A stretch of DNA of 64,000 bases, from positions 2,336,001 to 2,400,000 of the forward strand of contig CBDFJQ010000002.1 in assembly GCA_965248575.1 (NCBI GenBank), in the 5' to 3' direction. The notes under the pieces were generated by a model, which was not told where the DNA came from, did no database searches, and saw only the letters and a program-made list of their open reading frames with translations. Source of the DNA: Planctomycetota bacterium. Its GTDB lineage: Bacteria > Planctomycetota > B15-G4. Every line of letters begins with the position of its first letter. Position 1 is the first letter of the stretch. The translations under genes were made by a program, and so were the position numbers. Shown piece by piece: positions 57,289 to 64,000 of the stretch.

Positions 57289-58545
57289 TTGCAGGCCAAT
57301 TTTCGACACCCGTTTGCGCTCGTAGCCCTCGCGCTCCTGGTCCCGCTCGCAGCGCCGGTCTCAGCTCAACGCGGCGACGTGGAGCTGAAGCGCGTCTCGC
57401 GCCTGGAGCAAGCTCACCGACTCTCGCCCGCGCCCCCGGCCAACATGATCCGTCGCGCAGACCTGCGTGCAGGCGAGCGTCCCATCATCATGCTGACCGG
57501 GTACTGGCCACCCACCAACGACATGATCCGCCAGTTCAGTGACGACCCGATCCAGAACCCCACGGGTTGGGTTGGCCTCGACTGGGAAGGGCGTGGCTAT
57601 GACATCTACGCCTACTTTCCAGAGTTCCCCGATGGCGGTGGGCTGGGCGGCTTCGGCAAAGGGGTGGGTGACCTGGAGGTGGACTACCAGGACACCTCCA
57701 ACGACTTCTGGCCCCTGGCGAACAACCTCACGCCGCTTGCCGTGATCACGTTCAGCCGCGGCAACAACGACATGAGCTGGGAAGTCGAGATGAACCAGCA
57801 CAACAAGGACAACTGGATCGGCGACTACCTCCCTCCGATCAATCCCACGCCGAATCCTCCGGATGACAGCGTGCCTGCCGACTTCCTGCGCCTGTCGAGC
57901 TTGCCCTTGCAGGACATCGTCGACGCCGTGGCGATGTTGCCCTTCAACATCGTGCCGTTCATCTGTTTCACGGGCGACGGTGGAGGCTTTCTCTCCGAGT
58001 TCATCGCCTACCACGGCGTGTGGTACCGCTCCCTGCACGACCAGCCTTCGGACCCCGCCTGGTGTGCGGCGGCGGGGCACATCCATGTGGGCGGGCAGAT
58101 CCCCACCAACCGCGCGCGGGTTGCGGCCGAGACTTCGATCCGGGCCGTGATCGACACCCTCGACCAGATCGTTCCGAAGGTCGTGTGCCAAGTGGACCTC
58201 GGCTTCGCCGGCCCCGGGAACACGACGCTCTCGGTCTGCGGCGATGCCCTGCAGAGCGGGGGTGAAGTGGACGTTCTGCTGAGCGGTGCGTTGCCGCACT
58301 CGACGGCGTTCCTGGCCTTTGGTTTGAACAACTCCCCGACGGCTTTCCTCGGCGGCACCCTGGTGCCGGTCCCGATCCTCAAGCTCATGGCGTTCACCAC
58401 TGATGCCGAGGGCGAACTGCTGCTGCGCGGGGTGAAAGGCGGTGGCGGACCCAGCACCGGTTACCTGCAGGCGATCGTCGCCGACGCCCATCAGGCCTCG
58501 GGCTACGGGCTCTCGAATGCCCTCGAGCTCGACTTCCTTCCGTAG
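57289..58545 (+). CDS. Secreted pyroglutamyl-peptidase I (C15)-like protein plus shared CTD
   Basis: TTG start after GGAG; IMLTGYWP, GGGFLSEFIAY, AGHIHVG; CTD ends YGLSNALELDFLP. Confidence 0.7.
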   Translation: MQANFRHPFALVALALLVPLAAPVSAQRGDVELKRVSRLEQAHRLSPAPPANMIRRADLRAGERPIIMLTGYWPPTNDMIRQFSDDPIQNPTGWVGLDWEGRGYDIYAYFPEFPDGGGLGGFGKGVGDLEVDYQDTSNDFWPLANNLTPLAVITFSRGNNDMSWEVEMNQHNKDNWIGDYLPPINPTPNPPDDSVPADFLRLSSLPLQDIVDAVAMLPFNIVPFICFTGDGGGFLSEFIAYHGVWYRSLHDQPSDPAWCAAAGHIHVGGQIPTNRARVAAETSIRAVIDTLDQIVPKVVCQVDLGFAGPGNTTLSVCGDALQSGGEVDVLLSGALPHSTAFLAFGLNNSPTAFLGGTLVPVPILKLMAFTTDAEGELLLRGVKGGGGPSTGYLQAIVADAHQASGYGLSNALELDFLP

Positions 58546-58584
58546 CGGCGCTTCACCGGAACCCTCGGGTTCACCCACAACGCA

Positions 58585-58620
58585 ACACGGGCCGGACTTC
58601 CGTGGAAGCCCGGCCCGTGT
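58585..58620. terminator. Stem-loop between convergent genes (possible bidirectional terminator)
   Basis: ACACGGGCCGG...CCGGCCCGTGT inverted repeat. Confidence 0.6.
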
Positions 58621-58638
58621 CCTTCAACTCAAGCGGCC

Positions 58639-60114
58639 TTAGTTCAGCGGGCAGCCCGACTCGTTCAGGCCCTCAAAGACGTCCTTGAGGTTGGTGTAGT
58701 CGTTGTCGTTCCCCGACGGGTAGACGTCGTTGAACATGTCGATGACATCCTGAGCCGAGGGGCCGTAGTCGACCCCGTCGTTCGCACCGTTCAGCAGGGC
58801 TGCCACGGTGTGTCGCCCCAAGGCAATGAGACCTCCGCCGCCCTGGTCTGCCACCTGCACCAGCGTCATGCCAGGGAAGGCATCCTCGAAGACACTCGAG
58901 AAGAGCGTGTTCGGGGTGTAGGGGGCCGGCCAGCTGTCGAAGTGCTGGGGCTGCTTCCAGTAACCCGGCGTGCATCCCTCACCCACGTTCGGAGGCTCGC
59001 AGTAGCCGAAGTCGAAGCTGCGATCCACCTCACCCGGGTCCAGCAGGGTCCGAACAGGGCTGCAATCGTTGTCCAACTGGTCGTCGCCACCCTGGTCGCA
59101 GGGGGCAGGCGTGAAGCCAGGCGGAAGCGTCGACTCATCGACACAGATGCTGTAGCGGCTCGTGCACAGGTTCGAGAAGAGGTACTCGCCGTTGGCGTCT
59201 GTCGTCGTCGAAGCCACGAACTGGCCGAAGCGGTTCTTCAGGACGATGAACACGTTGGGGATACCCGGCTCGCCGGGGTCCTGGATGCCGTCGCAGTTCT
59301 TGTCGTTCCAGACGAAGTCGCCCAGCTCACCGGAGCAGAGCGGCTTGGTGCTGTACTTGATGTCGTCGATGGCACCGGAGCCGTTCAAGGACACGGCCAT
59401 GGCGCTGACACCGGCCACATCACCGAGGTCCACAACGGCCAGGCCGTTGTCACCGGTGTTGGGCAGGATCACCACGGCACCCATGGACTGCATGGCGGCG
59501 TCGAAGAACTCCACGGTGGCCAGGGGCTCGTCGGACTCCACGTCGAGAATCGTTATCTCGTGGATGGTGACGGTGCCCAGGGCGCTGAAGTCGAAGCTGA
59601 ACAAGCTGCCGGGAAGGTCCGCGTCATCCGGGTCATCAATGAAGCCATCGCCGTCGCCGTCCACCAGGTCTTCGGCGATGATCAGGACGTTGAGCTGCTC
59701 GGCATCGTTCTGGAAGGGGCTGCCAGCCTCACCGCCGAGGTTGTCCCCCAGGTTGCTGTCGATGCCGGGCCCAAAGAAGTCGATGTTGGGCGTGCCCAGG
59801 TCCGAGTCACCGCCCGTGCGCATCGCGGAGTCGAAGATGATGGCGGCGTTCGTCGCCATGCCGAAGGACGGGTTGAAGCCGTTCACCAGGATGGGGCCGC
59901 TGCCGCCGGCGCCGTAGACCGAGGAGATGATCTCACCGGTGCCGCGGTTCTCGAAGTCGATCACGTCGGGCGTGCCCATCACGGCTTGAGGGGTGATCTT
60001 GCCTCGCGCCTTGACGGTTCCGCCGAGCCCGAAGCTCTGGGCTTCGACCGTGTCGGCCAGGCCGACTGCCAAAAATACGCCTGCGAGGAGGCCGTGGAAG
60101 AGTGTGCGCGTCAT
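58639..60114 (-). CDS. Secreted SdrD-B-like domain protein with C-terminal GCTPGYWK domain
   Basis: Signal peptide; LGDFVWNDKNCDGIQDPGEPGI...TTTDANGEYLF; EGCTPGYWKQPQH. Confidence 0.85.
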   Translation of the reverse strand: MTRTLFHGLLAGVFLAVGLADTVEAQSFGLGGTVKARGKITPQAVMGTPDVIDFENRGTGEIISSVYGAGGSGPILVNGFNPSFGMATNAAIIFDSAMRTGGDSDLGTPNIDFFGPGIDSNLGDNLGGEAGSPFQNDAEQLNVLIIAEDLVDGDGDGFIDDPDDADLPGSLFSFDFSALGTVTIHEITILDVESDEPLATVEFFDAAMQSMGAVVILPNTGDNGLAVVDLGDVAGVSAMAVSLNGSGAIDDIKYSTKPLCSGELGDFVWNDKNCDGIQDPGEPGIPNVFIVLKNRFGQFVASTTTDANGEYLFSNLCTSRYSICVDESTLPPGFTPAPCDQGGDDQLDNDCSPVRTLLDPGEVDRSFDFGYCEPPNVGEGCTPGYWKQPQHFDSWPAPYTPNTLFSSVFEDAFPGMTLVQVADQGGGGLIALGRHTVAALLNGANDGVDYGPSAQDVIDMFNDVYPSGNDNDYTNLKDVFEGLNESGCPLN

Positions 60115-60222
60115 GATGTTTTTCCCGAGTGAAAGCCCCAAATGGCTGCTGGTGTGGCTGCCATGAGACGAAGAGAAGTGACTTGAGGTTGAAAGATCTG
60201 CCCCGAAACAGCACATCTGATC

Positions 60223-60258
60223 AAAAGGGCGTCAAAGGACTTCCTTGAAACGCCCCTT
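60223..60258 (-). terminator. Possible terminator downstream of the UDG gene
   Basis: Minus strand AAGGGGCGTTTCAAGGA-AG-TCCTTTGACGCCCTTTT, an imperfect stem with a T run. Confidence 0.45.
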
Positions 60259-60341
60259 CAGGACGGCTGCTTCGTCTTGTCAGACTATCACCATTGGGAT
60301 GCTTGGCAAGCCGGACACGAGCGCGTTGGAGGCCCGTTTCC

Positions 60342-60935
60342 TCAGCGTAGGGCGCGCCGCACGCTCTTTCGCAACTCGGGCAGGACGTCCTGCTCGAACC
60401 AAGGGTTCTTGGCGAGCCAGATGTTGTTGCGGGGGCTGGGGTGTGGGAGTGGCAGCAAGGCCGCACCTGCGCTGCGCCAATCCTTCACGGTTTCGGTCAG
60501 CGATCGACGCGGCCCCGGTAGGTGCCAGCGTTGTGCCGACTGCCCCACCACCAAAGTGAGCTTGAGCTTGCCCATGACGTCGAGCATCGGCTGTCTCCAG
60601 GCGGGAGCACACTCGGGCCGCGGCGGCAGGTCGCCGGACTTCCCGCTCCCGGGAAAGCAGAAGCCCATGGGCAAGATGGCCACCTGCTTGGCGTCGTAGA
60701 ACACCTCGCGTGACACCCCCATCCACTCGCGGAGGCGCTCACCGCTTGCATCCTCGAAGGGAACGCCGCTCTCGTGGACGCGGCGACCGGGTGCCTGCCC
60801 CGCCACCAGCACCCGGGCTTCGGGATGCACTTGGAAGACGGGGCGAACCCCATCTACCAAGGAATCCTCGCAGAGACTGCAAGCGCTCGCATCGCGCACC
60901 AGTCGGTCGAACGCTTTCTTCTCTGCGGCCTTCAT
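60342..60935 (-). CDS. Uracil-DNA glycosylase superfamily protein
   Basis: GQAPGRRVHESGVPFEDASG, PMGFCFPG, LPHPSPRN. Confidence 0.9.
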   Translation of the reverse strand: MKAAEKKAFDRLVRDASACSLCEDSLVDGVRPVFQVHPEARVLVAGQAPGRRVHESGVPFEDASGERLREWMGVSREVFYDAKQVAILPMGFCFPGSGKSGDLPPRPECAPAWRQPMLDVMGKLKLTLVVGQSAQRWHLPGPRRSLTETVKDWRSAGAALLPLPHPSPRNNIWLAKNPWFEQDVLPELRKSVRRALR

Positions 60936-61254
60936 GCGGGAGTTGCTCCAGCTTCGCCGAACCTGAACCCCAGCTTGAGCACCTTCGGCGCTTCCGGCGC
61001 TGCACGGCCTCTGGGAAGTATCGAGAGGCGGGGCATCATGGCTGATCCCTGAGATGAGAGGAGAAACGAACACGCCATGGGCGGCGTCAGGAGTGACCGC
61101 ATCGAATCGCAGGGCCCTCCGATGCCCCTCCTGCTCGTGGGTTCCGCCTAGTCCGTATGTCTTGCCTAAAACTTGTGGCTCGGACGATGTGCGGAATCGC
61201 TTTCAGGCGCTTGCTAGGCTGCACTGTGGCAAATCACCTGGAGGAACTCACAGC

Positions 61255-62694
61255 ATGAGAGGTCTGCGGCTCGCATGGACCGGGTATTTGACCCTGAGAC
61301 CCTGCATGCTGGTTGCCGCAGCTCTGGGCCTTGCGTCGTGCGGAAACGCTGACCTATCGATCCGTGACGACCTCCTGCTGGACGGCGGGGAGTCGCTGAG
61401 CCACGTCGTGATCGTGACCATCGACACACTGCGCAGCGATGCGCTGGGATGCTACGGCAACACGGAGGGCCACACTCCGAATCTCGACGCCCTGGCAGAC
61501 GCCGGGGTGGTGTTCGAGCGCAGTTATGCGCCCATGGCGACGACCTTCCCCTCTCACTCCACCCTGTTCACCGGCCTCTACCCGCGAACACATGGCGTGC
61601 GCTGGAACGCCCACACCCTGAAGGATCGCTGGACCACCCTCGCCGAACGTCTGCAGGCAGTTGGGTACAGCACCGGTGCGTTCGTGAGCTACCAATCGAT
61701 GGTCAACAGGGGCGGCCTTTCCCAGGGCTTCGAGACGGTCAGCGATCCCACGCCCCAGGAGTGGACGGGTCCTCGAGAGGGACAGCAAACACTGGCCATG
61801 GCAACTGAGTGGCTGGGGCAGCAAGCCGAAAGCCCCTTCTTGTTGTGGGTGCACCTCTTCGAACCTCACACGCCCTATCCACCACTCCCTGCTCTTCCAC
61901 GCAGCGACACCCCGTCACGCCTCGACCAGCTCATGGGCCCGCTTGCAGATGGCACCGACGCCGAGGAACTCATGGCGCTGCCCAAGGGCTTCTTCGACGA
62001 CCCCGTGCAGCGCGATGCGCTGCGTGCCCTCTACCACAGCCAGGTTCGCGTTGCGGACGACCTGGTGGGCCAGCTGATGTTGAAACTCGACACCCTGGGT
62101 CTGCGGAAGGACACCTTCGTTGTGGTCCTGGGTGACCACGGCCAGCTGCTCGGTGAGAAAGGGCGCGTCGGTCACGGGCCCCTGCTGGACGAGGGAGTCC
62201 TCCAGACCCCCCTGATCATGGACGAGCCCGGCCCGCGCCACGGCCCGAGCCGAGTGACGGAGTTGGCGGGGGTCATCGACGTGATGCCGACGATCCTCGA
62301 CGCACTCGGCGTACGTACCCCACCGGACGTGCAGGGTCGCTCCCTTCTGCCCGCCCTCCGAGGGCAAACGCATGAGGGCGAAACCTACTTCGCCGAGGTG
62401 CGCACCCTGGGACCCGACTCGGCGCACGCCGCCCATGGGGACTCCGTTGCAGTCTTGAGTGATGAGTTCAAGCTGACCCTGACTCCCAAGGGCATTGCGC
62501 TCTACAAGCTGGATGAGGATCCCCAGGAGCTGTCCCCGCTCTCGCCGGATGCACTCCCCGAGATCTATGAGACGCTTCTGGTCCTTGCGCGCCAGCACCA
62601 GCGACGAAAAGCCGGCGAGCCGGTTGCCCACGCAAGCGAGGCTCTCGACGAGGAGGTCATGGAAGAGCTACGAGCGCTCGGATACCTGAAGTAG
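61255..62694 (+). CDS. Sulfatase-like (alkaline phosphatase superfamily) lipoprotein with non-canonical TxPSH motif
   Basis: GAGG RBS; lipobox LASC; IDTLRSD, TFPSHSTLFTG, HLFEPH, GDHG; C-terminal LRALGYL. Confidence 0.85.
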   Translation: MRGLRLAWTGYLTLRPCMLVAAALGLASCGNADLSIRDDLLLDGGESLSHVVIVTIDTLRSDALGCYGNTEGHTPNLDALADAGVVFERSYAPMATTFPSHSTLFTGLYPRTHGVRWNAHTLKDRWTTLAERLQAVGYSTGAFVSYQSMVNRGGLSQGFETVSDPTPQEWTGPREGQQTLAMATEWLGQQAESPFLLWVHLFEPHTPYPPLPALPRSDTPSRLDQLMGPLADGTDAEELMALPKGFFDDPVQRDALRALYHSQVRVADDLVGQLMLKLDTLGLRKDTFVVVLGDHGQLLGEKGRVGHGPLLDEGVLQTPLIMDEPGPRHGPSRVTELAGVIDVMPTILDALGVRTPPDVQGRSLLPALRGQTHEGETYFAEVRTLGPDSAHAAHGDSVAVLSDEFKLTLTPKGIALYKLDEDPQELSPLSPDALPEIYETLLVLARQHQRRKAGEPVAHASEALDEEVMEELRALGYLK

Positions 62695-62698
62695 CACG

Positions 62699-63766
62699 AT
62701 GGAGACCGAACGGGAACCTACGGAAGACTCCAGCAAGCCCTCGACCCAGGGAACAGCCGGATCTTCCGCCGCGCCCTCCAGCCGGTCGGCCTCCCGTCGC
62801 CTGCGAGGGTCCGCCAAGCGCGCCCTCGACGGCGCGTTGCATACCGTGGACGCCGGCCTGAGCAAGGCAGTCATCGCGCTCATCAAAGCCGTCAGCTTTC
62901 GCACTCATGAGCGGCAACTGCAGTTCTTCGACATGGCCCAAAAACGGGGCCTGCATGTCCAGAAGGCCCACTTCTACAGCCCCATCCCAGACACGACGCA
63001 GCTCAAGCCGCTCACCTGGAAGAGGCGGGCGGATGAGGACGGCGGCTTCGACCTCGCTGAGAACGCGCAGCTGGCGCTGCTCAAGAAGCTCTCAGCCTTC
63101 TCGCACGAGCTCGAGGACATCCAAGAGGCGGACACCGACCCGACGCACTACGCCTGGAAGAACCCCGCGTTCTGGCCGGGGGACGGGGCTGCCTACTACA
63201 GCATGATCCGCAAGCTGGGCGCCCAGCGCATCGTGGAAGTGGGCGGCGGCTTCTCCACGCGCCTCGCGGCCCGTGCAGCCCTCAAGAACGGGGCAGAGCT
63301 CACCTGCATCGAGCCCTTCCCCATGGCGTCGCTCCAGGGCGAGCTGCCAGGCCTGACACGACTGATCAAACGTCCGGTGCAGGATGTCCCGCTCGAGGAG
63401 TTCGACAAACTCCGCGCGAACGACATCTTGTTCATCGACAGCACCCATGTGTCGAAGATCGGCTCGGACGTCAACCATCTCTACCTGCGAGTCATTCCCC
63501 GCCTCGCTCCCGGCGTGGTGATCCACGTGCACGACATCTTCCTTCCGTGGGACATGCCGCGTGCCTGGGTCATGGAGAAGAAGATCTTCTGGAATGAGCA
63601 GTACCTGCTGCAGGCCTTGCTCACCTGCAACCCGTCCTTCGAAGTGCTGCTCGGGAACCAGTTCCTTTCGCGGCTGCACCCGGAAGCGTTTCGCACGGCC
63701 TTCCCCTGCATTCCTGCACACTATGCGCCAGGCGGGGTGAGCTTCTGGTTCCGGCGCGTGGGCTGA
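62699..63766 (+). CDS. Class I SAM-dependent methyltransferase (Methyltransf_24-like)
   Basis: HFYSPIPD, IVEVGGGFST, LFIDSTH, HVHDIFLP, WNEQYLLQA. Confidence 0.88.
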   Translation: METEREPTEDSSKPSTQGTAGSSAAPSSRSASRRLRGSAKRALDGALHTVDAGLSKAVIALIKAVSFRTHERQLQFFDMAQKRGLHVQKAHFYSPIPDTTQLKPLTWKRRADEDGGFDLAENAQLALLKKLSAFSHELEDIQEADTDPTHYAWKNPAFWPGDGAAYYSMIRKLGAQRIVEVGGGFSTRLAARAALKNGAELTCIEPFPMASLQGELPGLTRLIKRPVQDVPLEEFDKLRANDILFIDSTHVSKIGSDVNHLYLRVIPRLAPGVVIHVHDIFLPWDMPRAWVMEKKIFWNEQYLLQALLTCNPSFEVLLGNQFLSRLHPEAFRTAFPCIPAHYAPGGVSFWFRRVG

Positions 63767-63887
63767 ACAAGGTGCTCGTCCTCACCCCCATCCAAGCCAT
63801 GACAGGGCATTGACGGCGTGAGCGGACGACACCAGCTCTTGGGAAGCTTGTTGCTGCTGGCGATCGGAATCGGGTTCGGGTTCCCCC

Positions 63888-64000
63888 ATGAACAGTGACC
63901 GTGCGCGCAGCAAACCATGGCTCTGTGTGTTCGCCGCCCTGCTCTTCACTGCCGTGGGCATGGCCTCCGGGCTCAAGGGCATCGACTTTGGCAAGCACTG
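63888..64000 (+). CDS. N-terminal fragment of a membrane protein, possibly a GT-C/GT39-like glycosyltransferase (truncated by the window end)
   Basis: Open frame MNSDRARSKPWLCVFAALLFTAVGMASGLKGIDFGKH...; TM segment followed by GIDFGxH. Confidence 0.45.
   Translation, partial: MNSDRARSKPWLCVFAALLFTAVGMASGLKGIDFGKH

Noticed and set aside
63782..63994. 70-aa minus-strand ORF at the window end
   Set aside because: The plus-strand frame from ATG 63888 encodes a plausible TM N-terminus co-oriented with the upstream genes.

Overview
This GC-rich 64-kb window probably comes from an uncultured Planctomycetota genome. That placement is inferred from the DUF1800-DUF1501 pair, an ECF sigma factor with a Ser/Thr kinase, and many secreted FG-GAP and carboxypeptidase-regulatory-domain proteins. 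It holds about 41 genes, mostly secreted or envelope proteins and hydrolases. The housekeeping genes are alkA/ada-ogt, a UDG-family glycosylase, ftsH and dbpA. I saw no rRNA, tRNA, CRISPR array or transposase. Three observations stand out. (1) A selenoprotein is split by the ORF track: a thioredoxin-like lipoprotein at 44208-44753 (-) with an in-frame TGA in a UxxC motif and a SECIS-like hairpin just downstream. (2) A ~120-aa C-terminal domain ending in (S/T)N(A/T)-hydrophobic-x4-6-stop is shared by five otherwise unrelated secreted proteins, with a sixth carrying a variant; it is a candidate lineage-specific secretion or surface-sorting signal. (3) An ECF-sigma/kinase cassette has the same tripartite motif, CGAAAAA-N12-TGTTCGAG-N12-TGCGTG, on both strands of its divergent intergenic region, pointing at the sigma gene and at a glycine-rich secreted protein. 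Product calls rest on motif recognition only; no database searches were run.
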